From Octopus vulgaris (taxonomy: Eukaryota): a DNA stretch of 64,000 bases. Below the pieces are notes generated by a model. That model was not told the DNA's origin. It worked only from the letters and a program-made list of their open reading frames with translations, and ran no database searches. The translations under genes and the position numbers were made by a program. Below are positions 14,922 to 28,539 of this stretch, one piece after another (the stretch's first letter is position 1; each line of letters starts with the position of its first letter). The stretch lies in NCBI GenBank assembly GCA_951406725.2, contig OX597838.1, positions 12,896,001 to 12,960,000 on the forward strand, read 5' to 3'.

Positions 14922-15122
14922 GCCATGTTGAATCGTTAGCTCCTGCACGCATTTTTTTTTCTCTCCTTGTTTCTTTTCTGTGTCCCTTTCTGTTGAAGAG
15001 CGTAGGCTCGAAACGTAAAAGACTTGTTTTATTTCTATTCCTGAGCGCCATACTAATACAATTGTTTGTTTGTACTCCACCTGCCTTCGTCTTTTGTTTA
15101 TTTTCGTAAACCTTCCCGTTAT
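14920..15122 (+). mobile_element. Penelope-LTR-like short element in (TA)n with hammerhead-like motif
   Basis: Flanked by (TA)n on both sides; same layout as 44086-44275; motif at 14986-15021. Confidence 0.6.
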
Positions 15123-16089
15123 ATATATATATATATATATACAATAAATTCAGGGTGAATACTTGATAAATGTAAGCACCTGTATATGCCAGCTAGTAGG
15201 TGATAGGGTATATGTATCAAAAGAAAAACAGGACGCATAGGATTTTGCGTACATATGTTTCGGGCTTATGCATTGATATAAGTTGTTCAATAAAGCCCGA
15301 AACATGTACCAAAATCCTTGCGTCCTGTTTTTCTACATATATACACACACTATTTTTCTCATGCTATCGAATAAACAATTGAATAGTAAAGTTGAGAGAG
15401 AGCAGTATAGTTTGTAGAAAGCTAATAAACAAGAATCACTGCCCCCTCTTGTTAAATACTAATTGAACTAAGACATCTTTCTTTGTAGTTATTTTTCTCT
15501 CTACTTTCGAAACAAATTTCAAACGTCCCGGGGTCGATTTGCTCGACTAGAGGCGGTGCTCCAGCAAGGCCGCAGTCAAATGACTGAAACAAGTAAAAGA
15601 GAAAAGTCTATTTATCACCCAAACACGTGAATATTGGATGCTGCCGCTGCTTTTCATAGTGAACGGTGTCGCAGTAAATTCCGTTCCAATTGAAATATTT
15701 GTCACACAGGCTTTATTCGGGCGCACGATCTCCTAGGAATATCATCCAAAAAAGAGAGAAAAAAAGCAAGAACATATTGAATAATGTAGTCCTCGCTTGA
15801 TACGTTCTCTCTCTGAGTAATAATAATAAAAGTAAACCTGTAGGTCGTGATTAGAATACTTTTGATCATAGATCTGCTTGATTAGAGCTAGCTTGTGGCT
15901 AAGCAAAAACTGCAACGATATTGCTACTTCCAACACTCCGATAAAGTTTAGCAATTCGCAATACGCATATATGTGCGTGTATATTAAAATTATATTGGGT
16001 ACTTACAAACACCCACACTTTCATACACACACACACACACAATATATATGAATGTATATATAAGTATACATTCGTATACATTCGATCCT

Positions 16090-16290
16090 TTTTCCAAGAA
16101 ATCTAATGCTCGTAGCTTAGTTTTTCCTTGGGGTTGGCCGGATCGGAGCAATCTCAAGATTAATCAGCCGAAATTGCAAGGATGATCCGGTTCTTGACTG
16201 AAGATTAGAGGCTTCGAATGACCCGTCCGTGCCTTTTGTATCGTCTATTTGAATGTTTTGCGTTCTTGTCCCATTTTGTATTTTTATATA
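16090..16290 (+). mobile_element. short (TA)n-associated dispersed element
   Basis: Reverse-complement homolog at 46350-46472 (gatgatc.ggttcttgactga.ga...ggcttcgaatg.cccgtcc). Confidence 0.6.
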
Positions 16291-16798
16291 TGTTTTGGAT
16301 CTTTTCTGTTTGATAAAGATCCTATATATTTTTTATACATATATATAAGTTACTGTGTTTAATGTAAAATTTTACAATTATTCATTAATTAAGCGTAATA
16401 AGTAAACGGTAGCTTCGTTTGAGGTGAAAGATAGCGGCAGAGTGGAAACAGTTGTAAATATATAGAGATAAAGGTAGGAAAGAGAGAGAGATAATAAATG
16501 TTGATAATGTGAAGGCTTGAAGGGGGAGGTTTTGTTGTGTCGCCGGTGTAACGTTGCTTTTAAAGAAACAAGGTAACTTTATATTTCAGTTCTCTTTATA
16601 CTGAAATTGTTACACCAACATAACTCACCAGCCCTTTGAAGGAGAAAAAAAAATAGGAACGACAAAATAAGAAAAGAAAAACCGCTACCCCAGTTTTTCT
16701 TTTCTGGAGCGCGCATCTGTTCAATTAACATGCTACATCCATTCATAAATGAATGTATATGCACACGTATTTTCCCACACTTTGTACCCAAGCATATA

Positions 16799-17180
16799 TA
16801 TTGACGCTAAATCTATACATTATAAATGTATACACACCTCCTTCTATATACAAGCATGCATGCTTATGCTGAACATATATATGTATGTAGACATATATAA
16901 ATACGTATATACACACGTTTTATTTTTACATCGTATTGACGCTAAATCTATACATTATAAATATATACACACCTACTTCTATATACAAGCATGCATGCTT
17001 ATGCTGAACATATATAAATACGTATATACACACGTTTTACTTTTACATTCGCATATATACTTACGTCGTAAATATAAATACACGAGTATTTCTGTATACG
17101 ACCATGCATGCTTATGCTAAATATATATATGTGTTTGGACATATATAAAAATATATATACTCACATGTATTCTTGTACAC
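16799..17180. repeat. ~135-bp tandem duplication (2 close copies plus 1 diverged)
   Basis: tattgacgctaaatctatacattataaat recurs at 16799 and 16934; gcatgcttatgct.aa occurs three times. Confidence 0.85.
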
Positions 17181-18039
17181 ACACACACATACATATGTCA
17201 CATATATGAATACGTACACGCACACTTGTTTCTACAAGCAACCACACACAGTCATGTTTAGCAAGCTTTGTCACTGGTAGTTAAGTGCTAGGTAATTTGT
17301 GGATGTTTTTTTGGCCGTATTTATTGGTTTACTTACAAGTGGAACATCAAGAAGAGTATATATACACACACACACAAATATATATGTATAATCTCACCTG
17401 GAGGAAAAAAATAATACAAGGAAAACTAATATAAGATACAGTTAATTAATCTATATAATTGAAAATAAATTAAAGAAAAAACAAACAACATAGAGAGAAA
17501 AGAAAAACGGACAACAATAACTCTAAATAACAATTGACGTTTGTTGTCATTGTGGAATCAATACAATTGTGAATTTCAAGCAGGGCTTTACGTATCCGGA
17601 GTTTGTACCATTTTGGGGGTGGTTAAAAAGACCAGCAGCAGGCTTTTAAAACGTTCGACAAACGTTCTCGTTCTTGCGGAACCATTCTTAATTATCATTA
17701 CTACCACCACCACCATCATCATCATCATTAACGTCACTACCACCACCACCAACATCATCATCATCACCATCATCAATATCATTATCAAACCTTTTGCCAG
17801 TCAGCTGCTTGCTCCCGCGTGCGTGTTTTTTTTTTCTAATCCCAACACGTTTGGGTTCCAATATTGATGCTGAATTACAAACAACGAGTCATGGAAGATT
17901 TAGGTAAATATAACGACCAGACTTCTTTTTTTTTTTTTAATAATTTTATTTCTAAGTCAATGAACATGTTTTTCTTAATGTTCCGCTAATGTGTGCCTCT
18001 ACAGACAAGATACTCCTCGGTCGAGCCAACGAGGGTAAC

Positions 18040-21000
18040 TTTATAATATCACCTCTCGACCTGCTAGAAATTGTTGCTAAATCTCTATCGAATTTTAAAC
18101 ATTTCTATTTATCTCCTACGTCAACTAATCAGTCGATATATAAATGACGGGTGGGTATACAATATAGTGGAGATTTATGTATTCAAATTTAAGAGATGAT
18201 TCACTCTGCTGTTACTCAGAGTTTCTCATTACATATGATCCAATCCTTCGTGCGACAAAATATGTGTGATTATGTGTACCTAATCCTCAACCGAAATTAA
18301 CTACACTACTCTAAATAATCATAGTTTATAGGAGGTAGTCCTTTAGGTACAACAAAACAACTGTGCCTGGTGGAATGATTTAAAAAAAATATATGTTGGT
18401 TTTTAAAATAACAATTATAATTTCTTTAATTTCATGCATTAATTTGTTGTCTTTCGAGTCTCGTCTCTCTTCTTTCTACCCCATAGAGATAAATGCATGG
18501 ATTAACGTGCTTGCTTTTACAGACACTGCTATTAACTAGGATTTTCTGTCGTGTCAACGAGTATACCTTTATATAGTCGCTCAAGCTACTAGAAACAACA
18601 ACCAAATCTACATAAAAACCCCCCCAAAAAACCCTCTACCATTTTTTAGAAGGTGGGACACATTAGATTTATACTGTCCTAATACAAATAGACTGAATGG
18701 TTACGGCTGGAATGTCTTTAATTCTAGGCCTGCTCAATCAGAAGCTGATTTGGAGGTTCTTACTACTAACTTAATATTAGTAATAGTATTTCTGTTTACA
18801 GCATATTTTCTTTTGTATTTTTTTTATTCGTCTTTTATTTTTCTTTATTATAACAAAGTTTTGTCTTCATAAAATACACTTTAGACTTTTTCTTTGGTTA
18901 GAATATCGACGTCAGACACACACACACACATATATAAATTTGTTTTTATTCATAATGCTCTGTGAAAGCACACTTATAGAAAACACACCTTTAAACACGC
19001 ACCTACCTATATCTAAGCCACTTTTTTTTTAACCACAGTATATCTATGTCAAGATTACAATAAGTCCATGTCATGATAAAAAAAAAAATTCTCAGGAGGG
19101 CAATTCACTCTCGTCGTTTCTACGATTTTGTTAGTGTTTTCACAGCAATGAAAAAGCCGGCGTGTTTGTCTTTTGAAGAAAAATATATTTGTGGTAGAAA
19201 TTTCTTTGACAATATCACATTTAGTCGAGAACAGAAAAGGAACATCTCTCACAAAAAAAAAAAACCAGTTAAATATATTAGTACATATTGGTAAATTTAC
19301 GTGCAAATTTAGAGATATAGATGTAGCTTTTTAGCCCTAAGTCAGAGCTAACTGTGCAGATCTATAATCAAAAGGGTTCCGACCATGACCACGTTTTGTC
19401 TTTTTGCATACCCAGGCTTGCCATCGTTTAATACATCCTACCCTTTTCTCAAATAGACCGAGGTCAGTCCTAGTCGAGCAGACTTATAAAAGGTGTGTTT
19501 CAACCACAACGATTTTATTATTTCTGGGGTTACACTTAGGACTATATTAATAATTGTGTCCTTTCCTTATTTAAAACGGTGGGGTGTGATTTGAAGGCAG
19601 TGCTACAGCATGGCCTAAACCCTGACAGCAAGTATATGCACACACACACAGATAAATGCAGCAAGATATAGGTTTAGCCACCCGTTTATAGACGTGTTTG
19701 TCACAAGTAGTTACACATGGATTATTTGTCTCGCTTTCGGGAGATAATACTGATTCCTCGAATTGTTGATATCTGGCTCATTCCATATATCTGTAGTTAT
19801 ATCTCCTCTATTAGCTATTTACCTAGATCTTTATCCACTATCTGGGTTCTCATCTATCTAGCAAAGCAATCATCTGTCTCTTTATTTATTTTATTTACAT
19901 ATTTATATATACATGTGTGAAAACCTGTGTGCATGCAGTAAATAATACCACATAAATAAATACATCACATGTATTTATGCAGTGTCTTGTTGACGGACTT
20001 CAAACTTTGCTAACGACTCTTTTTTCCAATAGTTGAGTTTTCTTAACCTTTTGTCGAATGCATGGTGGGTCTAAGGTCGGAAGAATAAGTTTAATTACGT
20101 CTCTCGTTTACTTTTTGATTTTTTAAACACAGTCTTAGGAAACAAGTAAGATATGAGAAAACAGTAACTGGAAATGAAGGCGCTTTTGCTGTAACGCAGT
20201 CGTTCGATCTGGTTGGAAATGGTAAAAATTCTCCCTCAAAATACACCCTCCTCTCTTTAAAAACGGGCGAACATTATTTAATGTAGTTCTATATAATATA
20301 AGATGGGGTGATCATTGTTTGACTGTTCTTTTTGGTTATGTCTGTGCTAGATCGGTATTGACCTAGAGTTGAATGAACATCAATAGCTAAAAATCAATCA
20401 GAACATGTTAAGACCCATATTCATAAATCGTCGTTTTGTTGTTTAGCCCCTAATCAGTCCTGGTCGACCAGAGATATTGTCAAATGAATTATCGTCGTGA
20501 CCACCTCGAATATTTTTCTATGTGCAGGGAACTTAGTACCACCACATACACTTTAAAGATGGTAATGTGTGATTTAAGGCAAATTTGGCTACTGTTTCTA
20601 GTAGTTCGAGCGACTACGTACGTAGATATCAAAATAAAGTAGTGCTCTAGCCTAGCCTTACTCTTCAATGCTAAAACAAACTATTTGTGTTGTTATTGTT
20701 TAGCCCAAAGCGGCAAGCTGCCCAAATCGTTAGCGCTTTGGACAAAATGCTTAGCGGTATTTCTTCTGGCTATTTACGTTCTGAGTTCAAATTTTACCTT
20801 TCATCCTTTCGGTGTTGTGTACTAGGGTTGATGTAATCAACTAACCGTTTCCCCCTAAAAGTAGCTGGTTTTGTGCCAAAATTTGCAACCATTGTTGTTC
20901 AGTTCAGCCCCAGGTCAACTTTCATCGGGAAACCTATGATCAATAGTTTTCCAACCATGGCCGTCCTGATTTTTTGTGAGGTATTAGGAAGGGCGAGGTT

Positions 21001-21650
21001 TTGGAATAGCTGTCAATCGAAGTTCCACACTTGATGGAGGAAGGAAAGAGGAAGCATTTCTGTTTTTTTGTTTCTCTTGTAAAATATTCCTGTATTTCAG
21101 ACAACGGAAATTACGATTTTGGAAAAAAAAAAAATTTCTTCCGAAAATTTTATTTTCGCTTTTTCTACATTTTTTGTCCCCATCCATTTCCATAACCTTT
21201 ACCCTTTTCCTAACAGCTCGTGCGACCACATAGAAGTCCCCTCGTTGGTTTACGGATCCACCGAGATGTTGTCGTTTTAGCCCTAGGTCTCTATTTTGAC
21301 GGAGCAAACCTTTGATGCAATGTATTTCAGTAGCGACCATCCCGCTCTTTTTCTGGTGGTGAAAGTATCTACAACAACGACATCTAATGTGCCCTTCTTT
21401 TTTGTCTGACAGCGTTTCCTGCAGCTGGGGCGAACACTTAGAGGTTTTTTCGTTGGCTCACCACCAACCGGTCTTGTTAATGTCAAAGTATTCCAGAGAG
21501 GACCATCCCGTCCTTCTTTTGGTGATTGTGTGATATCGACTACGTTATCTAATACGTCTATTCCTTTGTTTTTATAAAAATGCGCAATGAGATTTGAGAA
21601 AGGCTTGGTTGTTGTTTCTAGCATGTCGCTTGACCATGTAGAGGCTCTCT
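18040..21650. repeat. cluster of old family D repeats (ctagaaatagcagccaaatctccctcaaatcacacc...gacctggggctaaacaacaac)
   Basis: Diverged copies on both strands near 18050, 18570, 19330, 20190, 20435, 20895 and 21270; also at 5970, 8280, 15800, 31080, 36885 and 51340. Confidence 0.65.
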
Positions 21651-22103
21651 CTTTACTTGCTTGTCACCTATTTTGTTCCCAAAGGTTAACAATATTCTAT
21701 TTCTAAGATTGCCCTCCATGCCAATACATTTGATTGTTACTCATTTAAGAAGAACCCAGCACAAAGACGGTTTTTTTTAATTGAATGAAAGCGAAGGGGA
21801 GAGGGATTAGATATTCAGCATCGCAGACCATAATAATGAGGGCTTCAAATTTTGGCGCAAGACCAGCAGTTTCGGGGGAAGGGCTAAGCTAAGTAGATTA
21901 CATCGACCCCATCGCTCTACTGGTACTTATTTTATCGACCCCGAAAGGTTGAACGATAAAGTCGATTTCGGCGGAAATTGAACTCGGGACGTAAAGACGA
22001 CGAACGAAATGCCGCCAAGCATTTAATAATAATTTCAAATTTTGGTACAAGGCCATGAATTTCGGGGGAGTGGGTACGTCGATTACATCGAGTCCAGTGC
22101 TTA

Positions 22104-22525
22104 ACTCTTTTTACTCTCTTTTACTCTTTTACTTGTTTCAGTCATTTAACTGCGGCCATGCTGGAGCACCGCCTTTAGTCGAACAAATCAACCCCGGGAC
22201 TTATTCTTTGTAAGCCCAGTACTTATTCTATCGGTCTCTTTTGCCGAACCGCTAAGTGACGGGGACGTAAACACACCAGCATCGGTTGTCAAACAATGCT
22301 GGGGGGACAAACACAGACACACAAACACACATACATAAACATATATATATATACATATATACGACAGGCTTCTTTCAGTTTCCGTCTACCAAATCCACTC
22401 ACAAGGCATTGGTCGGCCCGGGGCTATAGCAGAAGACACTTGCCCATGTTGCCACGCAGTGGGACTGAACCCGGAACCATGTGGTTGGTTAGCAAGCTAC
22501 TTACCACACAGCCACTCTTGCGCCT
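22104..22525 (-). mobile_element. SINE family A nested among family B copies
   Basis: Full-length reverse match; family B sequence on both sides (21845-22100, 22530-22620). Confidence 0.9.
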
Positions 22526-23018
22526 GGCACGTTTTTTTTTTTATCGTCTGCGAAAGGATGAAAGGCAAAGTCGACATCGCTAGGCACTTTGATCGGCAAT
22601 GCTAACGATTCTGCCAGCTTGTCATTGCACCGGCCTCAATAAACTAAAACTACTGCACTTGTTTGTATTAAGTGTTTCGTCTTCCGATCGTTATTTTAAC
22701 TTGTGTGCGTGTCTGCGTGTGTTTTGTTTCAGTCTTTGGCAGAATTTCGGAGGAGGGAGTAAGTCGATTTACATTGATCAGTGGTACTTATTTTATCGAC
22801 CCTAACGCATTTGGACTCAGAACAATTAAGTTTTTTTCCAGAATATCCTATGTATAAATAAAAATCTTGTTTACATAGCTCTGAATTTCTGTGTGTGTGT
22901 ATGAGAGAGAGACAGAGAGAGATTGACATATATATATATATATATAAAGCATATTACTCTACCACTGGTATTTGAGTACTCTTTTTTCCACCTTGTTTCA
23001 CATTTATGTGTTTACTCC

Positions 23019-23064
<46 letters not shown>

Positions 23065-23739
23065 AGTAATTGAATGAATTATCTTATTAAGGATAATTCG
23101 AAAGATAACCGATACCTGGGTAGCAAATTCACATCAGAAAGAACACGGTTGAAGCTACGTCCCTAGGGCATAGACTACGTGTCTTCGTGCATAATGTACT
23201 CCTTATTCCTTCGGAATTAGGAATATGCAGCCTTCGAAACATATGTCGAGAATAAAGGATATTTGTTAACTAGTCGTTCAACTCCATTCTTTCATATACT
23301 TATAATTTAAAAATATATATATATATATATATATATTGACCGATAGATTAGACAGTATAGATTAAACATACATAAAGGGAAAGCATGTAACAGATGATCG
23401 AAACGGCTGTTTGAGGGTGAGCATTTTGTCCTGTAGAGACAGAGAGAGAAAGATCCTGATTCAACAAAACATGATGAATTATTCCGGATCTATTGTTGTT
23501 CAGAAATTATCATCATTGTTATTAATTATTCAGTTGTTATCAGGTTAACCAGTTAGTTGTTCTCATTGGTATCTCTATATGAGTATATGTTACCATTGTA
23601 TGTGTGGGTGCGCATGTGTACTTGATAAGAAGTGGTTTCGTAGGACTTGTTCCGTTGCATTCTTTGAATTCAACAGAACTAGACTTGTACAAGGCACTTA
23701 TCATTAAACATGTCCAAATAGCCTCTACTTGATATCATT

Positions 23740-23932
23740 CTTTTCTACACAAGGCCCGAAATTTTGAGGGAAGGGGGCCAGTCGATTAGATCGACCCCAG
23801 TACGCAACTGCTACTTAATTTATCGACTCCCAAAAGGATGGAAGGCAAAGTCGACCTCGGCGGAATTTGATCTTAATACGTAATGACAGACGAAATACTG
23901 GCGTGCTAACGTTTCTGTCAGCTCGCCGCCTT
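23740..23932 (-). mobile_element. SINE family B with TSD
   Basis: TSD tctacttgatat at 23724-23735 and 23933-23944. Confidence 0.85.
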
Positions 23933-24429
23933 TCTACTTGATATTATTGAGTACCTTTCTGCTTTCCTCTGGCTTTTTTTTATTATTTAAATCACCAACT
24001 ACAATTATGTGTGTGTATGTGTGTGACCATCTCTGCATCATACTAGATGTATATGCATTGTTGATAGGCGAGTTTCTGCAATATTTGTTTTGAGATAACA
24101 TCTGTGGACTTACTGTGTTAAAAGCACAATAAATATCAGAGGCATCTTTTTAACACAAGCCCATAATAGATGGTAACTCTGGACAAATATTGTTGTAACA
24201 GACGTTATCGATAGTGCATATACATTAAGTATGATACATGGACGGCTGTTTTTATTTAATAATGCTTCAGTTGCCTATACCGTGGACACACACGTACGTG
24301 TGTTATGTATATGTGTATAGATATGTGTGTGTGTGTGTGTATACATATTTATCAGAAGCAACAGAGTGACTCAAGGGACGAAAGTTTCGTGTGTTAGCAC
24401 TTATATATGATGAACTCTCTTACTGTAGG

Positions 24430-24630
24430 GAACAGATGAGGGTTCCGCAGTTTTTTTGTTGAACAACCTGCTCAGGTGTGATCGAATGTTTGTGATGTAC
24501 AGTAGCTCACACATATTCACCAAATTGACATTGCCTGTACACGTGCGTGCTACACGCCAGAGATGTCGAAGTGCTAGCAGAACAGCGTGAGATGAAGTGT
24601 ATTTTTGCTCAAGAACACAACACACCGGCT
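24430..24630 (-). mobile_element. old SINE relic related to 33652-33950
   Basis: Reverse strand shares the ttgagca..aa.acact head and the gagcaggttgttc...ggaaccctc tail with 33652-33950. Confidence 0.5.
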
Positions 24631-26729
24631 ACTCTGGTAATCATTTGCAATTGTAGGTACAACACCCTAACCATTAAGCCACGCACCCTCACATGCATGC
24701 ACGCTTATAAATCGCTTATATATCTTTTCTACTATAGGCACAAGGCCTGATTTTTTTTTGTGGGGACCTAGTCGATTATACATCGACGCTAGTGCTTAAC
24801 TCGTACTTATTTCATCGACCCCGAAAGGATGAAAGGCAAAGTCGACCTCGGCGGAATTTGAACTCAGATGGACGGAATACTGCTTAGCATTTTACCCGTC
24901 ATGTATATATAATCAATATTTGAGCATTTTTTATTACGAAGTTCACGTTTAGGTTTCTTTTGTGCCTTCACTACCACCATCACTGCAATCACCATCGCGT
25001 CCTAGTTTCCTATGGATTTCGCTGTCATGCCTTTCCATGTTAAACAGTCAATCTACAGAAAACCTTCCATAATGAATCTTCTTCATTTTCGTTACGTTGC
25101 TGTGTATGTAGTCTCGGTTACACAACTCCGAGTGAGCAGCAGATCGATGATCAAACGAAACCCAGCTTTGACTACTTTGACTATCACGTCATATGGATCT
25201 TTTTCTTTTTCTGTTTTTGATACGACGGTGTTTCGGCTACTGTTACTAAGCATGTTCAAGCGACTGTTTAGAACAAGAAATCAACAACTTTTTGTAATCG
25301 GCCCCTCCACCCGTTTTTCTTTTTCACATTTGCCAATGGTCTGCGCATTATATTGTATCTTACATATAAAAATATATCCTCCAGTGCCCCCAACCGCTCC
25401 TCCATTACTAAGTAATGCTTATGCAAGCAAATGTTAAACAAATCATGATACAAAATGCTATCAAAAAGTCATCAGCTGCTCAGTAAATCACAAATCCATT
25501 CTTTTAGGGGAAAAAAAATCCGAGTTCTTCAGAGAACACCATCGTGACCCATATATGGGGGAACTGTGTCCCACTTGTTGCCGGCTCCTGGAGGTTTCTT
25601 GGCTGGTTTGTCTGATATGAATTTCTAAACATAGAAGCACAAAGATACATTTTGGGAGATGGGGGTAGTAAGTGCGGAAAGGTGGTGGGTATAGCCGATT
25701 AAATTGCTCCCCACCCAATCATCATAATTTTTTCTCCTTTCACTTGCCACAAGGGTTAATACTGAAGACATCACAAAACAGAAATTAGTGGCGGATAATT
25801 TTTTTTTTTTTTTTACCACAATCTGAAGTGAAATTATATTTATAAATAATAATGATAATTATAATAATAATAATAATAGTCGTTATCGCATTGTTTTCTT
25901 TTCACCCACCATCGTTTCTTCTTCGTTCGACCTTATTCGATTTCTCAATCGATATTCGCAAAAATCTATCTACCCTTACATTTTCCACCTCCCTCTCCAC
26001 CCAGTCGCAGTGTATGTAGTTAATGCGGAACTATGGGAAAATCATATATACTACAAATATACGAAGTAGTATTGGTATTTGTAGTTATAGCGGTGGCGGC
26101 GATGGTGGTAGTGGTGGTGGTGATAGTAGTACCGATAATACAGAACCGACTGGTATACAACATAGTTCTCATGTGTTTTTGTTTTGTAGATTAATCTCTT
26201 CCCTGTGTGTATGTGTGTGTGTGTTTTAACTTGTTGCTGGTAGGGGTTAGAGCGATTAAGAAGGGGAATCGATTTTATTTTCCTTCTTTTGTTTGCCCCC
26301 CGCCCCCTCCTCTTTCACTCTTCGTTAACTGCATTTCGATTTGTTTCCATAGAAAGGAAATTGAGAGAAAATAGGAATGTGAGGTTACTTAAATGTTTTC
26401 GTTTATTTGAAACGAACCTCAGCATTTAGCTCACACACACACATGCATACACGCATACACACACGAGGGAGACTTTATATAATTGCTCTTTCAGTGTACC
26501 TGCTTAATTTAAGTAATACTCCTAAATACCCCTTCACATGAAACTTTACTGTCTCACCATTAGATAATACAACCCAGCATAAATGCAGTCTTAACTCTTA
26601 AGAGGCAGATGGTGACAGTTACGTTGACTAAGATCATAAAATGGTTTGCTCAATCAGAGCAAACTGGAAGTTTGACAAAAATGGGAATGCCAATCAGATA
26701 TCGTCTGTTTGGTAGCTCTACCACTATAG

Positions 26730-27015
26730 AAATCTCTCACTCATCTCCTGCTCTAATGTCTTTCAAAGTGTACAACAGATTTCTCAGAAATCACACCCTG
26801 TTGTGCTCATAGCATAGACAAATGACCTCAAAATCATACCCAAGTATGACAAATCTCCCTGAAATTACACCCTATTGTGTTCTTAGCACAGACAAATCTC
26901 AGAAATCAGACTCTATTGTATTCATAATACAAACAAATGACCCCCACAAAATTGTAGCCTGTTTTAAACAACAGGAACAAATCTCCCTCAAATCATCTCC
27001 TATTATGTTCATAGC
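26730..27015 (+). repeat. degenerate ~40-bp minisatellite, ~7 units
   Basis: Recurring aaatctccct(g/c)aaatcacaccctattgtgttcatagca. Confidence 0.8.
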
Positions 27016-27062
27016 ATGGTTAAATGGCTTAAAATCAAGATTGAGAAGGAGCCTCCACTATA

Positions 27063-27446
27063 AGGAGTGGCTGTGTGGTAAGTAGCTTGCTAACCAACCA
27101 CATGGTTCTGGGTTCAGTCCCACTGCGTGGCATCTTGGGCAAGTGTCTTCTGCTATAGCCCCGGGCCGACCAATGCCTTGTGAGTGGATTTGGTAGACAG
27201 AAACTGAAAGAAGCCTGTCGTATATATGTATATATATATATGTGTGTGTGTTTGTGTTTGTCCCCCTAGCATTGCTTGACAACCGATGCTGGTGTGTTTA
27301 CGTCCCCCGTAACTTAGCGGTTCGGCAAAAGAGACCGATAGAATAAGTACTGGGCTTACAAAGAATAAGTCCCGGGGTCGATTTGCTCGACTAAAGGCAG
27401 TGCTCCAGCATGGCCGGAGTCAAATGACTGAAACAAGTAAAAGAGT
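27063..27446 (+). mobile_element. SINE family A
   Basis: Full-length match. Confidence 0.9.
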
Positions 27447-27735
27447 ATATAATCAGAGGCGACTCCAGGTCATCAGTGTCACTCGGGCTCACCACAGATT
27501 TCACATTTGACTCATGCCTGCTCAAAGAATTTCACGTTTTTCCGCTTTATTTCTAGCCCCAAATGGCATATCTAGCACTGTCTTTCTCCATTTCTAAGTT
27601 AAGGGTAAAAATAAAGCAACCTTGCAAAACACACAAGCACACAGAATAACAGCAATCAAATAACAACAGCGGAGTGCACAACAAACATCAGTGATCCGAC
27701 TGTTGCCTGTACTCTGTCTTTTACACCTGCCAGGC

Positions 27736-28132
27736 TTACTCTTTTTACTCTTTTAGTTGTTTCAGTCATTTGACTCTGGCCATGCTGGAGCACCGCCTTT
27801 AGTCGAGCAGATCGACCCCAGGACTTATTCTTTGTAAGCCTAGTACTTATTCTATCGGTCTCTTTTACCGAACTGCTAAGTTATGGGTACGTAAACACAC
27901 CAGCATCGGTTGTCAAGCAATGCTAGGGGGACAAACACAGACACATAAACACACACATATTCATATATATAACGGGCTTCTTTCAGTTTCCGTCTCCGAA
28001 ATCCACTCACAAGGCTTTGGTTGGCCCAAGGCTATAGTAGAAGACACTTGCCCAAGGTGCCACGCAGTGGGACCGAGCCCAGAACCATGTGGTTGGTAAG
28101 CAAGCTACTTACCACACAGTCACTCCTACGCT
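27736..28132 (-). mobile_element. SINE family A
   Basis: Full-length reverse match. Confidence 0.9.
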
Positions 28133-28539
28133 TGTTCCGGTTAGCCCGAGTTACTGGATAATTTTTCCTTCCTTTAAGAATATTGTAGAATAGAAACTTG
28201 TCATAGATTAGAATTTAAATCTTAATCTCTGCAGTAATCTATTGTTTCAAGAAAACATTGAATTACTTTTAATTTTTACAATTATAGATGACAACTTGGG
28301 TTGTCACTTCTGTGCCCGAGTCAGGTGTGTGTAAAGAATGTCGAGAGAATGTCTGCTACGAATGATATTTTTTGACACAGAGCACTTCTAGGATGACCGC
28401 CAGATGCTGAACGAAAATAAATGAACTGTGACTAGGCTCAATAAAAAGGGCCCAAGTTGTAGGCTGAAATTACATACTTGAAGTCAGTGTTGGCAGAAAT
28501 TACTGTTTTGAAGCAAGTTCACATTGGTTTATGGGCAGA

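Noticed and set aside
16130-16230. Hammerhead in the 16090/46350 element (ctga(a/t)ga...ttcgaa)
   Set aside because: GAA is followed by U rather than A, and helices I and III cannot be formed.
22296-22583. Recurrent ORF RQASFSFRLPNPLTRLWSARGYSRRHLPK (also 2975, 38714, 49225, 52796)
   Set aside because: Antisense reading of SINE family A, not a gene family.
24429-24640. Apparent plus-strand exon (GTDEGSAVFLLNN...)
   Set aside because: Overlaps a minus-strand SINE relic; no frame is open from acceptor to donor.
26730-27015. CRISPR-like regular repeats
   Set aside because: Degenerate head-to-tail units without unique spacers; eukaryotic context; no cas genes.
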